Assembly (NCBI GenBank): GCA_031285625.1
Contig: JAITVV010000052.1
Location: 1 to 49,592, forward strand
DNA: 49,592 bases
Direction: 5' to 3'
Source: Prevotella sp.
Lineage (GTDB): Bacteria; Bacteroidota; Bacteroidia; Bacteroidales; Dysgonomonadaceae
In this document: one piece after another, positions 1 to 9,857 of the stretch
Numbering within the stretch: the first letter of the stretch is position 1
Layout of the letters: the number at the start of each line of letters is the position of its first letter
The notes under the pieces: model-generated
Seen by the model: only the letters and a program-made list of their open reading frames with translations
What the model was told of the DNA's origin: nothing
Database searches by the model: none
Made by a program: the position numbers and the translations under genes

Positions 1-256
1 CGCCTGGCTGAAGCACGACAAGAATAACGGGAAAGCCGCTGTCTTGTAGTGGCTCTGCACTCCTGGCCTCTGTTTCGCAGGCGGGGTACCCAATCCGTAA
101 GCTTAAGGCGTAGAGCAAACACGGACGTTCTTACACAGGCATGATGATAAAGCAAAGGATTAATCCGTATTTATTTTGCTCAGCCGTAGCTGCGGTTTTG
201 GGTCGCCGAGAAAACGAAGCCTTGATTTTTGTAACTTTTTATCAAGAAAAAGTTGA
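1..256. repeat. GC-rich structured non-coding element (probable dispersed repeat/MITE-like or ncRNA), truncated by window start
   Basis: GC-richer than the flank, no ORF >=60 aa; short hairpins (cagc-cgta-gctg 181-192, ggattaatcc); 3' end CTTGAT(221-226)..AACTTTTT(233-240)-ATCAAG(241-246)-AAAAAGTT(247-254) can form interlocking stems. Confidence 0.45.
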
Positions 257-337
257 AAGAAATTGAACATATATAATTCAACTACTGATTCACATTAATA
301 AGATAAAAAAGATTTAAAAACTTAGGAATATTATTTT

Positions 338-408
338 ACCATCCTTAGTAAAAACTAAGGATCTCTTTCCTGTTTAGCCACGAGATGCCTCACTGCATTC
401 AGTATGAC
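338..408. repeat. Degenerate REP-like doublet
   Basis: Hairpin ATCCTTAG-taaaaa-CTAAGGAT followed by AGATGCCTCACTGCATTCAGTATGAC; resembles the widespread GTCATCCTGAG...GGATCT / AGATGCTTCG...CAGCATGAC inverted pair as I recall it. Confidence 0.45.
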
Positions 409-434
409 AAAAAATATAATTAATTTTTAAGAGT

Positions 435-1169
435 TTATAAAACAATGCTTTCCACAACTGCCTGCTCTGTCTTTTCAAAAATGGTGGCGAATGGCATCTC
501 TTTCACAGCAACCGGCTGATGAATTGTTAATGTAAGCCTGTTGCCCAATCCTAATGGAAAAGATCCCCATTTTGTCATTTTCCACGAATTATTGATAGTC
601 ACAGGTACTACGTAAGCAGAAGGTGCATATTTACACAGAATTTTTAATCCGTTTTCGGCAAATGGTCCGGGTTTACCTGTCCTGCTCCGGGTACCTTCGG
701 GGAAGATTACTGCCGAACGTTTGTTTATTTCTATATATTCCGCCATCTTTTTTATAGCAGACAACGATTGCTTGGGATCTTTACGGTCGATCAGTACCGA
801 ACCTCCATGATTGAGATTATATGAAATACTAGGTATTCTTTTCCCGAGCTCTATCTTGCTTACAAACTTGGGATGGACTTTTCTCATAAACCAAATAATA
901 GTAGGTATATCATACAGACTCTGATGATTAGCAGCTATAATAAGAGGAACTCCCTCGGGTAGTATTCCTATGTTCTCTACCTTATACCTGGTACCCAGAA
1001 TATAAGTATTTGCCACCAGAAAAAAATTAAGTACATCCACGCTATTTTTATGAGCTTTGTAGCCAAAGAGATTAAAGCATATCCACTGTATAGGATGAAA
1101 TATGACTAATGTGGCTCCAAAAAGTAAATAATATATAATTGATAAGGGGTACGAAATCAATTTTTGCAT
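435..1169 (-). CDS. plsC: 1-acyl-sn-glycerol-3-phosphate acyltransferase (lysophospholipid acyltransferase family)
   Basis: NHQSLYD (HX4D) and FPEGTRS acyltransferase motifs; N-terminal hydrophobic helix. Confidence 0.9.
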   Translation of the reverse strand: MQKLISYPLSIIYYLLFGATLVIFHPIQWICFNLFGYKAHKNSVDVLNFFLVANTYILGTRYKVENIGILPEGVPLIIAANHQSLYDIPTIIWFMRKVHPKFVSKIELGKRIPSISYNLNHGGSVLIDRKDPKQSLSAIKKMAEYIEINKRSAVIFPEGTRSRTGKPGPFAENGLKILCKYAPSAYVVPVTINNSWKMTKWGSFPLGLGNRLTLTIHQPVAVKEMPFATIFEKTEQAVVESIVL

Positions 1170-1643
1170 CTGTTAATTTTTATATGGAAAACAAAAATAA
1201 GTAATTTAAATAATTATTGTCCTATTTTGCCCCACTTCTGACAAAAAAATTAAACTATTAGACAGCGATTTTAAATACTGATCGGCATGAATAAGAAAAT
1301 GATTATTTTATTGATATATAATTGCTTATGCAACCATAATATATTACCAAAACTATCCATTTTTCCTTATTTTTAGTTGTTTAGCTTACTACTTTCCAAA
1401 ATTTTTCGATTTATAATGCACAATGAAACAACGAATTAACTTTTAATAAGATTTTAACAAATTATTCTTTTTGATATAAGTGTTAAAATCTAAAACCTAA
1501 TAGTTACTTTTGAAACTAATAAGCAGGTTTTCATTATTCTTTTCTGCGATTATCGAGATTTTTCGCCGAAATAATTAATTACTTCCTTTCTTATTTTTCA
1601 TGGCCAATTAGGCATTTTTTTTAATTATATACATAATCTATTG

Positions 1644-2711
1644 ATGAAATCATTTTTTTTAGGAAACTTGGAGATAAAATTACCCGTTATCCAAGGTGGA
1701 ATGGGTGTAGGCATATCGCTATCGGGACTTGCTTCCGCTGTAGCCAATGAAGGTGGAATAGGTGTTATCTCCTGTGCAGGTCTGGGACTTATTTATCATA
1801 AATCGCCAGGAGATTATCTCACCAAATGTATTTACGGACTAAAAGAAGAACTCCGCAAGGCAAAAGAGAAAACCAAAGGAATAGTCGGTGTAAACATAAT
1901 GGTTGCATTGACTAATTATGCTGATATGGTAAAAACCTCAATAGCTGAAAAAGCGGATGTAATTTTTGCAGGAGCAGGACTACCATTCGACCTGCCATCT
2001 TATCTTCCACAGGGAAGTGAGACGAAGCTTGTACCTATTGTTTCATCATCAAGAGCAGCCAAAATTATTTGTGATAAATGGAAAAACAACTATGGTTACC
2101 TGCCGGACGCTATTGTTGTGGAAGGGCCAAAAGCCGGAGGGCATCTAGGCTTTAAGGTAGATCAACTGGAAGATGCGAATTACTCGCTGGAGCAAATTGT
2201 TCCCGAAGTTTTAAAAATAGTGTCACAATATGAAACTGAGAAAAAAATACCGGTGATAGTAGCCGGAGGAATTTCAAACGGACAAGACATCCGACATTTT
2301 CTTGAAATGGGTGCATCTGGTGTACAAATGGGTACGATATTTGTCACTACCGAAGAATGTGATGCATCAACTGTATTTAAGGAAACATTCGTCAATGCAC
2401 GGAAAGAAGATATAAAAATCATTCAAAGTCCGGTAGGAATGCCTGGAAGAGCAATCGATGGCGAATTTATTAAAAGTGTGGAAACAGGAGCTGAAAAGCC
2501 GAAAGCCTGCCCGTTCCATTGTATTAAAACATGTGATTATACCAAAAGCCCTTATTGCATAGTTCAGGCACTCTATCAGGCTGCAAAAGGAAATATGAGG
2601 AAAGGATACGCTTTTTCAGGTATAAATGTTCATTTATCGAAAAAAATATCAAGTGTAAAAGAAGTTATTGAAAACCTGAAAGCCGAATTTAAAGAAAAAA
2701 GTATTTCCTGA
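1644..2711 (+). CDS. Nitronate monooxygenase / FabK-like FMN-dependent oxidoreductase
   Basis: PVIQGGMGVG, EGPKAGGHLG, VIVAGGI, GVQMGT motifs; C-terminal Cys cluster (CPFHCIKTC..C); ATG at 1644; TAnnTTTG at 1505-1512. Confidence 0.85.
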   Translation: MKSFFLGNLEIKLPVIQGGMGVGISLSGLASAVANEGGIGVISCAGLGLIYHKSPGDYLTKCIYGLKEELRKAKEKTKGIVGVNIMVALTNYADMVKTSIAEKADVIFAGAGLPFDLPSYLPQGSETKLVPIVSSSRAAKIICDKWKNNYGYLPDAIVVEGPKAGGHLGFKVDQLEDANYSLEQIVPEVLKIVSQYETEKKIPVIVAGGISNGQDIRHFLEMGASGVQMGTIFVTTEECDASTVFKETFVNARKEDIKIIQSPVGMPGRAIDGEFIKSVETGAEKPKACPFHCIKTCDYTKSPYCIVQALYQAAKGNMRKGYAFSGINVHLSKKISSVKEVIENLKAEFKEKSIS

Positions 2712-2733
2712 TACAGATCAATTCAAAGTTTTT

Positions 2734-2772
2734 AGCTCCTTTTGCTGCACACTATTCGCTGCAAGAGGAGCT
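2734..2772 (+). terminator. Hairpin downstream of FabK-like gene
   Basis: AGCTCCT...AGGAGCT inverted repeat. Confidence 0.5.
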
Positions 2773-2852
2773 GAATTTTTAATATCTTATCTAATTTTGC
2801 ATTATAATAGGTACGCGGTTGATAAAACATTATATTATTACAAAAAAATGTG

Positions 2853-2860
2853 TACTTTTG
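2853..2860 (+). promoter_or_regulatory. Bacteroidetes -7 promoter element for nusB
   Basis: TACTTTTG matches TAnnTTTG, 25 bp before the ATG. Confidence 0.6.
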
Positions 2861-2885
2861 CAGCTTGAAACATTTTTGCAAATAA

Positions 2886-3812
2886 ATGATAAACCGCGTT
2901 CTTATTCGTATCAGAGTTGTTCAAATACTGTTTTCATGCAGTCAGAACGAAACTACAGACTTGAGAAAAGCAGAAAATGAACTTATGCTCAGTCTTCAGA
3001 AATCATATGACTTGTATTTTTACCTACTATCATTAATGATGGAGTTAACAAATACATATTCGCAAAGAGTAGATGCCCGCAGATCAAAGCTTTTGCCCAC
3101 AAAGGAGGATATGAGCCCCAATACTAAATTACTTGACAATAAGTTTATTATACAACTAAGTCAGAATACCGCTTTAGCAAAATATCTGAATGACAGGCCT
3201 TTTTCATGGTACGAACATGAAGCCTTTATGCGAAACCTATTGGATAGTATCCTCAACTCGGATATTTATAAAGAATACATCGAAAATCCAAAACAGGAAT
3301 ATGATGAAGACCGCGAACTTTGGCGAAAAATCTTTAAACATATCATCTGTACAAATGAAGACCTGTACACTATCCTCGAAGACGAAAGCCTGTACTGGAA
3401 CGACGATATTGAAATAATACAATCCTTTGTACTGAAAACAATTAAACGTTTTGAAGAAAGCACTGGAACAGCGCAATCGCTTCTTCCAATGTTTAAAGAC
3501 GATACAGACAGGGAATTTGCTGTAAAACTGTTAAGAGAATCATTGCTGGGTGGAAAAGAATACCGCGAAATGATTGACAAATACACCAAAAACTGGGAAT
3601 CGGAACGTATAGCCCTAATGGATATGGTGATTATGCAGATAGCTATTGCAGAAATAATGGAATTCTCATCGATCCCGATCAGTGTTACCCTGAATGAATA
3701 CATAGATATAGCAAAATCGTACAGTACTGTAAAAAGTGCATCATTTATAAATGGTATACTCGATGCTATAGTAAAAGAGCTGAAAGAAGAAAAAAAGATA
3801 ATTAAGAAATAA
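2886..3812 (+). CDS. nusB: Transcription antitermination factor NusB (long Bacteroidetes form)
   Basis: MINRVLIRIRVVQ N-terminus; NWESERIA, NEYIDIAK, FINGILD motifs; nusB-yajC-YbbR-coaE order. Confidence 0.95.
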   Translation: MINRVLIRIRVVQILFSCSQNETTDLRKAENELMLSLQKSYDLYFYLLSLMMELTNTYSQRVDARRSKLLPTKEDMSPNTKLLDNKFIIQLSQNTALAKYLNDRPFSWYEHEAFMRNLLDSILNSDIYKEYIENPKQEYDEDRELWRKIFKHIICTNEDLYTILEDESLYWNDDIEIIQSFVLKTIKRFEESTGTAQSLLPMFKDDTDREFAVKLLRESLLGGKEYREMIDKYTKNWESERIALMDMVIMQIAIAEIMEFSSIPISVTLNEYIDIAKSYSTVKSASFINGILDAIVKELKEEKKIIKK

Positions 3813-3927
3813 TAATACTTATCATATTTTCTCATAAAGCCTAATTCAAAATATTCACTTATATTTGTAATGCTTTTCTGAAAGGAAATTGAATAAAATA
3901 ATATAAATCAAATATTAAAGAATTATT

Positions 3928-4260
3928 ATGACTTTATTAAATGTATTACTACAAGCTGCCGACGGAGCTGCTCCGGGTGGATTACTAGGAGGAAGCACAG
4001 GAATGATCATCATGATGGTATTGCTTTTTGCCATTATGTATTTCTTTATGATCAGACCACAACAAAAGAAACAAAAAGCGTTACAGGAAGCACGTAATGC
4101 AATCAAGGTAGGTGACAAAGTAGTTACTGCCGGAGGCATACACGGAAAGATAAAAGAAGTAGGCGAGACTTTCTTCGTTGTTGAAATTTCGGAAGGTGTA
4201 AGAATCAAAATTGAAAAATCTTCAGTTTTCGTTTCTGCAGAAGATACTCCAAAACAATAA
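3928..4260 (+). CDS. yajC: Preprotein translocase subunit YajC
   Basis: TM helix, YFFMIRPQQKKQK, GDKVVTAGGIHG. Confidence 0.95.
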   Translation: MTLLNVLLQAADGAAPGGLLGGSTGMIIMMVLLFAIMYFFMIRPQQKKQKALQEARNAIKVGDKVVTAGGIHGKIKEVGETFFVVEISEGVRIKIEKSSVFVSAEDTPKQ

Positions 4261-4344
4261 TTCTGGACATTTTAAGAAACGGAAGCAGATCAGACAGGTT
4301 TCTCAAAATGACTAATTGAACATTAATTAATCGAGTATAGCTAT

Positions 4345-5334
4345 ATGAGCGATACCGACGACAAAGAAATATTAACACAGGAGGTCAGAGCCTTTTTCAA
4401 AACAATTCCGTGGAAAAAGATTCTGACCTTTATGTTTTTTGTGTTGTTATCTTGTATTTTCTGGGTGATGCAGGTGTATCGCCAAAAGTACGAGGCCACG
4501 CTCACTATACCTGTAAAGTATATAAATGTTCCGGATAGTATCGTCTTCGAAACAGAACTGCCGGAGGTAGTTCAGGCCCGTATAAAAGACGATGGTGCAA
4601 CCCTTTTCAGATACTACCTTACCAGAAGATCAGACTCATTGGTAGTAGATATACGTGATGCCATAAAAAGTACACAAGACAGGACCTTACAAGGGCGAAA
4701 CCTAGAGCAACTTATAAGGACAAAACTGTTTGCCACATCTGAGTTGATCAGCTACTCTCCTACCCGCATGTCCTATACATACGCTTTACTTCGCAGTAAG
4801 AAACTATCGGTTATATATAATGGCAGCGTTACATTAGATGCAGGATACATGCTCGACGGAGACCTGACCACACAACCCGACTCTGTAGTTGTATATGGCA
4901 GCAAAGCATCATTAGACACCCTCTATTTTGCATATACCGTATCGGATACATTGCGACATATCAAATCAGCAAAAACAGTAAAAGTAAAAATGAAACCTAT
5001 TCCAGGTATAAAGTATGTACCGGATGAAGTAAAACTCAATATACCTGTTGATGAATTTATAAAGAAGGAAGTAGAAGTTCCTATCAGATGCATCAATTTA
5101 CCCAATAATCTGGATATAAAACTTTTCCCGTCAACGGTTAAGATCGAATTCTTTGTCGGACTAAAACGATCGGATAATATAAACAGTAATAATTTTGAAG
5201 TAACGATCGATTATAATGATATCAAAGATATGAATGACATGACTATCCCTGTACGAATAACAGATAGTCCTGACTATATACGCACAATGACTCCAATACC
5301 TTCCGAGGTAGAATTTGTACTTGAACAAAGATAA
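4345..5334 (+). CDS. YbbR-like domain membrane protein
   Basis: N-terminal TM helix followed by repeated P..V.V.G beta segments; position between yajC and coaE. Confidence 0.8.
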   Translation: MSDTDDKEILTQEVRAFFKTIPWKKILTFMFFVLLSCIFWVMQVYRQKYEATLTIPVKYINVPDSIVFETELPEVVQARIKDDGATLFRYYLTRRSDSLVVDIRDAIKSTQDRTLQGRNLEQLIRTKLFATSELISYSPTRMSYTYALLRSKKLSVIYNGSVTLDAGYMLDGDLTTQPDSVVVYGSKASLDTLYFAYTVSDTLRHIKSAKTVKVKMKPIPGIKYVPDEVKLNIPVDEFIKKEVEVPIRCINLPNNLDIKLFPSTVKIEFFVGLKRSDNINSNNFEVTIDYNDIKDMNDMTIPVRITDSPDYIRTMTPIPSEVEFVLEQR

Positions 5335-5335
5335 G

Positions 5336-5920
5336 ATGATTAAATTAGGTATAACCGGTGGGATTGGGAGTGGAAAATCTACTGTTTCCGAGATATTCTC
5401 TTTATGCAATGTTCCTGTATATATCGCCGATATAGAAAGTAAAAAACTGGTCGTATCGTCACCCGTTATCAGAGAAAAACTGATACAACTATTCGGTGAA
5501 GAGCTGTATGCAAACGGCGTCCTCAATAAAGCGTTGTTAGCATCTCATATATTCAATGATAAAAATAAGCTGGAAACAGTAAATACTATTATCCATCCTG
5601 AGGTAGGAAATGACTTTAATAAATGGATCAAGAATCATTCTCAATACCCGATAGTAGCGCACGAAGCAGCCATTCTTTTTGAGTCGGGATTTGACAAAAT
5701 GATGGATAAGATAGTGATGGTTTATACCCCTTTGGAAATCAGGATACAACGAACTATGCTACGGGATAATATCTCACGCGAAAAAGTACTGGAACGTATA
5801 CAAAACCAGATGCCAGATGAAGAAAAGGCAAAACTTTCGGACTTTGTAATTGTTAATGATAACACAATATCATTAATAGAACAAGTCACATCAATTATAA
5901 AACAGCTAAGAATACAATAA
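5336..5920 (+). CDS. coaE: Dephospho-CoA kinase
   Basis: GITGGIGSGKST Walker A, IIHP, ILFES, NQM motifs; ATG at 5336 preferred over TTG at 5315. Confidence 0.95.
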   Translation: MIKLGITGGIGSGKSTVSEIFSLCNVPVYIADIESKKLVVSSPVIREKLIQLFGEELYANGVLNKALLASHIFNDKNKLETVNTIIHPEVGNDFNKWIKNHSQYPIVAHEAAILFESGFDKMMDKIVMVYTPLEIRIQRTMLRDNISREKVLERIQNQMPDEEKAKLSDFVIVNDNTISLIEQVTSIIKQLRIQ

Positions 5921-6570
5921 TGGAAATCGAACAATCATATCAGAAGATATTTGAGGCCAACAAGAAATGGGTAGAGAATAAGAATAAGGAAAACCCTGAT
6001 TTTTTTAGCCATTTGGTAAAAGAACAAAATCCCGATTATTTATATATCGGTTGCTCTGATAGCCGTGTGCATGCCAATGAGATAATGGGGCTGCAACCCG
6101 GCGAAGTATTTGTACACCGCAACATTGCCAACCTTGTAGTAAATAATGATTTGAATGTTTTGTCTGTCATCAACTATGCAGTAGAACATCTGAGAGTAAA
6201 ATATATCATTGTATGTGGACATTACAATTGCGGAGGTATAAAAGCAGCTATGCAACCCAAAGATCTTGGTATATTAAATCCATGGCTGCGAAATGTACGT
6301 GACGTATACCGCTTGCACGAAACCGAACTGGATGCCATACCTGACACAAAAGACCGCTATAATCGTCTGGTAGAGATAAATGTATACGAACAATGCCTGA
6401 ATGTGATAAAAACAGCTGAAGTTCAGAAATCATATATCGAATCGGGATATCCCCGTGTGGCAGGATGGGTATATGATCTGAATGATGGTACATTGATCGA
6501 CCTAAAGATTGACTTCAAAAAAGAATTGAACCGCATCCGTAAAATTTACGATTTGACGAAAGGAGAATGA
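5920..6570 (+). CDS. can: Beta-class carbonic anhydrase
   Basis: GCSDSRV, FVHRNIAN, CGHYNCGG zinc ligands. Confidence 0.93.
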   Translation: MEIEQSYQKIFEANKKWVENKNKENPDFFSHLVKEQNPDYLYIGCSDSRVHANEIMGLQPGEVFVHRNIANLVVNNDLNVLSVINYAVEHLRVKYIIVCGHYNCGGIKAAMQPKDLGILNPWLRNVRDVYRLHETELDAIPDTKDRYNRLVEINVYEQCLNVIKTAEVQKSYIESGYPRVAGWVYDLNDGTLIDLKIDFKKELNRIRKIYDLTKGE

Positions 6571-7466
6571 AACATAGTTATATCATATATACAATTTTAC
6601 TCGGAATATCTATCCTATATGGTTGTACTCCCTCTAAGACTGAAAAGACACCGACTTTAGCCGTTACAATTGAGCCTCAGAAGTATTTTCTGGAAGCAAT
6701 TGCAGGAAATCATTTCAAGGTTGAGTGCATAGTCCCTCCGGGAGCTAATCCCGAGAGTGCAGATTTCACTCCATCGCAAATGATGAATCTCGACAAGAGT
6801 ACCGCTTACTTTAAAATCGGATACTTAGGTATCGAAAATACGCTAATAGATAAAGTTACAAAAAGCAACTCAACTATTCAAATTTTCAACTGCTCCGATG
6901 GTATTAAAATTGTTGGTGAATCCCATGAACACTGCGACCATGATGGATATAACCACAATCATGATCATGGACATGCAGGAGGTGATCCACATACGTGGAG
7001 CTCTGTTGCCTCTGCAAAGATAATTGCAGATAATATGTACAAAGGGCTCATTGATATAGATAAGGCGAACGAAACGGACTATACTGCTAACTATAATAAG
7101 CTATTAGACGAAATCAACAATACTGATAGCATTATCAAATCATATCTGGCTAAAGCTCCGAGTAAGTCATTTATAATATACCATCCGGCTCTCAGCTATT
7201 TTGCTGAGGAATATGGATTAACTCAATATTCGATAGAATATGAGGGTAAGAACCCATCACCTTCACAATTGAAGGAGTTAATAGATAAGGCAAAAGCTGA
7301 AGGGGTAAAAGTGGTATTTATTCAACAGGAATTTGATACTAAAAATGCAGAAACAGTTGCAGAAGCGATCGGAGGAAAGACTGTACCGATTAATTTACTA
7401 TCGTATAATTGGGGTGAAGAAATGATCCGGATTGCCAGAGCGCTAGCTGTAGAAAACGATAAATAA
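6567..7466 (+). CDS. Zn/Mn ABC transporter substrate-binding lipoprotein (ZnuA-like)
   Basis: Lipobox LYGC, His-rich loop, DPHTW, YHPA motifs. Confidence 0.9.
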   Translation: MKHSYIIYTILLGISILYGCTPSKTEKTPTLAVTIEPQKYFLEAIAGNHFKVECIVPPGANPESADFTPSQMMNLDKSTAYFKIGYLGIENTLIDKVTKSNSTIQIFNCSDGIKIVGESHEHCDHDGYNHNHDHGHAGGDPHTWSSVASAKIIADNMYKGLIDIDKANETDYTANYNKLLDEINNTDSIIKSYLAKAPSKSFIIYHPALSYFAEEYGLTQYSIEYEGKNPSPSQLKELIDKAKAEGVKVVFIQQEFDTKNAETVAEAIGGKTVPINLLSYNWGEEMIRIARALAVENDK

Positions 7467-7471
7467 TATTA

Positions 7472-8257
7472 ATGAGTAAAATACTTGAAATAAAGAACCT
7501 GTCGGTAGGATATGATGATAATCCCCATGTGCTGAAAAATGTCAATCTGGATGTTTTCAGTCATGATTTTCTGGGTATTATAGGGCCAAATGGCGGAGGT
7601 AAAACAACCCTCTTGAAAACCATCCTGGGACTTGTAAAACCTACAGCAGGAGTCATTTCTTTTTTCAGGAACAATGTAAGAACAGATAAGATAAATATCG
7701 GGTACTTACCACAAATCAATCAGATTGATAAAAAATTCCCAATATCAGTCCATGATGTAATCTTATCGGGACTTACTGCTAAGCGTCGTATATTTTCTCC
7801 TTACACCAAAGATCAAAAAGAAAAAGTGGGTATAATAGCCCATCAGATGGGATTGGATAAACTGATAAACAGACCAATAGGAGCCTTATCAGGTGGGCAG
7901 CTTCAACGAACTTTGTTAGGGCGTGCTATTATCGACAATCCTGATTTACTGGTACTGGACGAGCCTAATTCTTATGTAGATAAACGTTTTGAAAGTGATT
8001 TTTACAAAATACTGGAAGAGATCAATAAAAATACTTCTATTATTCTGGTATCTCATGATGTAGGTACCGTTGTGTCCCTGGTTAAGAATATAGCATGTGT
8101 AAATGAGGGCTTACATTACCATTCCGGAACGAATATCACAACAGACTGGCTCGAAAAATCATATAGCGCCTGCCCTATCGAAATTATAGGACATGGAGAC
8201 TTTCCTCATCGTGTATTGGAAAAACATGAAGGTTGCGATTGCTGCAAAGAAGATTAA
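7472..8257 (+). CDS. Metal ABC transporter ATP-binding protein (ZnuC-like)
   Basis: GPNGGGKT, LSGGQ, LVLDEP, VSHD; Cys/His-rich C-terminal tail. Confidence 0.92.
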   Translation: MSKILEIKNLSVGYDDNPHVLKNVNLDVFSHDFLGIIGPNGGGKTTLLKTILGLVKPTAGVISFFRNNVRTDKINIGYLPQINQIDKKFPISVHDVILSGLTAKRRIFSPYTKDQKEKVGIIAHQMGLDKLINRPIGALSGGQLQRTLLGRAIIDNPDLLVLDEPNSYVDKRFESDFYKILEEINKNTSIILVSHDVGTVVSLVKNIACVNEGLHYHSGTNITTDWLEKSYSACPIEIIGHGDFPHRVLEKHEGCDCCKED

Positions 8258-8817
8258 ATCAATTCTTTTCTGGCTCTGTTTGTCACCTCTTTTATAAAAT
8301 CACTTTTTGCCTGAGTATAACCATCTCTGTCATGCTTATATATTTCCTGTAATTTTAGCTTCAGCATACCATATTCTCTTGCTACATCAGGATGAGTTAA
8401 TAAATAATCCCTGAAATATAATTCATCCCAATCACCGGAATACCTGACATGAAGATGATATACCCTCTCTTCAAATCCCTGAGGAGTATAGCCTTTCATA
8501 TACATCATATGAGGTGCCGGTTTTGAAGGCTGAAAGCTATAAATATATCTCATATACCCCAATACATCTATCAAATTACTTATATCAGTATTATCTTTAA
8601 TCTCCAACAGAATATCTATTGTAGGCTTAGCCAAGAGGTTAGGTATAGCTGTACTTCCGATATGATTTATCCTTATAATATCCCCTTTCAATGCATCCTG
8701 CAGATTTATATACTCTTCAGCGTAATAGTTTTTCCAACAATCTTTGTGTTCGCTGATAATTATTGGAAATAATTGCCAGAGTTCTTCATTACTCATTTCA
8801 CTTAGCGATTTATCCAT
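8254..8817 (-). CDS. GrpB family nucleotidyltransferase-like protein
   Basis: HIGSTAIP, KPTIDI, HLHV, FRDYL, YTQAK motifs. Confidence 0.88.
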   Translation of the reverse strand: MDKSLSEMSNEELWQLFPIIISEHKDCWKNYYAEEYINLQDALKGDIIRINHIGSTAIPNLLAKPTIDILLEIKDNTDISNLIDVLGYMRYIYSFQPSKPAPHMMYMKGYTPQGFEERVYHLHVRYSGDWDELYFRDYLLTHPDVAREYGMLKLKLQEIYKHDRDGYTQAKSDFIKEVTNRARKELI

Positions 8818-8999
8818 ATACACTGATTAAGAGTTAGAAACAACATTCCAGAATAAATTTACCTATTATTTAATAATATATCAAAAATAAAGACGTTTGT
8901 TAATTCAATGATATGTATTATTTTTGACTATCTTTATTTACAATTACACGAACTAATCGTCTACTCAAACGTTTATTAAATATTAAAAACGATTATATT

Positions 9000-9269
9000 A
9001 TGAAGAAATTATTTTTCGCTTTATTTCTTGCAGTAACTCTTGCTGCATGCGGTGCATTTGGTCCTGTATATAATACTCAACTGAAACAAGTAGAGCTAGG
9101 AATGACTCAGCGCGAAATTGTAACCTTAATGGGGGATAAATACAATGTTGTAGATCAAAGAAATAATGGGGACCAAACTCTTGAATATGTTGACAAATAT
9201 AAAAACCACTGGTTCTTTGTTTTTGTTAATGGACAGTTGAATAAATGGTATAAAGAAACAGAAAATTAA
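9000..9269 (+). CDS. Small lipoprotein (BamE/SmpA-like fold)
   Basis: Lipobox LAAC; LGMT..E...LMG motif. Confidence 0.7.
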   Translation: MKKLFFALFLAVTLAACGAFGPVYNTQLKQVELGMTQREIVTLMGDKYNVVDQRNNGDQTLEYVDKYKNHWFFVFVNGQLNKWYKETEN

Positions 9270-9285
9270 AACATACAGATATTAT

Positions 9286-9317
9286 AAAAAAGAACAACTT
9301 ATGGTTGTTCTTTTTTT
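9286..9317. terminator. Bidirectional intrinsic terminator
   Basis: AAAAAAGAACAAC-ttatg-GTTGTTCTTTTTT between convergent genes. Confidence 0.75.
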
Positions 9318-9819
9318 ATTTCTCTTTGGTTAACGTATCCAGTAATTTTAGCAAATCAGGAAATCTGAACTTTCCTGACATATTTTTTACATTTTCTGCA
9401 GCTTCATCAATATCTGTTCCAATGGCAGTTACATAAAGAGGTTTTTGGCTTGCGCCCCTAAATACTGCTCTTTTATTTTTCTCTATCTGGGCAAAATTAC
9501 TCTTAGCCACACCAATGATAGGATATTGGGCATTCAGGCTTTCATATAGATGTCCGCCCAGCCCCAATTTGTTATTATCATCCAGTACGACAAATCCATC
9601 GACTATAATAGCTTCCAGATTTTCTAACTGAATAGTCTTTAACAAGCTTAAGATACATGGCATCTCACGCCTGAAAAACTCTCCCGGAACATATTCTGCA
9701 ACACCTTCAAGTACCTCGGTATATGTTTCAGATGGTTCGTTATCTGTCCAGTTATTGAACTGAATACAAACTGTTTTGGCCTTATTATCATAATAATAGG
9801 TATCGAATGCTAAAAACAT
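9316..9819 (-). CDS. Endonuclease V family protein
   Basis: D in AFDTYY, YVPGEFFRRE, IIVDG, IGVAKS, PLYV motifs. Confidence 0.85.
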   Translation of the reverse strand: MFLAFDTYYYDNKAKTVCIQFNNWTDNEPSETYTEVLEGVAEYVPGEFFRREMPCILSLLKTIQLENLEAIIVDGFVVLDDNNKLGLGGHLYESLNAQYPIIGVAKSNFAQIEKNKRAVFRGASQKPLYVTAIGTDIDEAAENVKNMSGKFRFPDLLKLLDTLTKEK

Positions 9820-9857
9820 AATTATTTAGTTAAGTGAATAATAATAGATATGAAACT

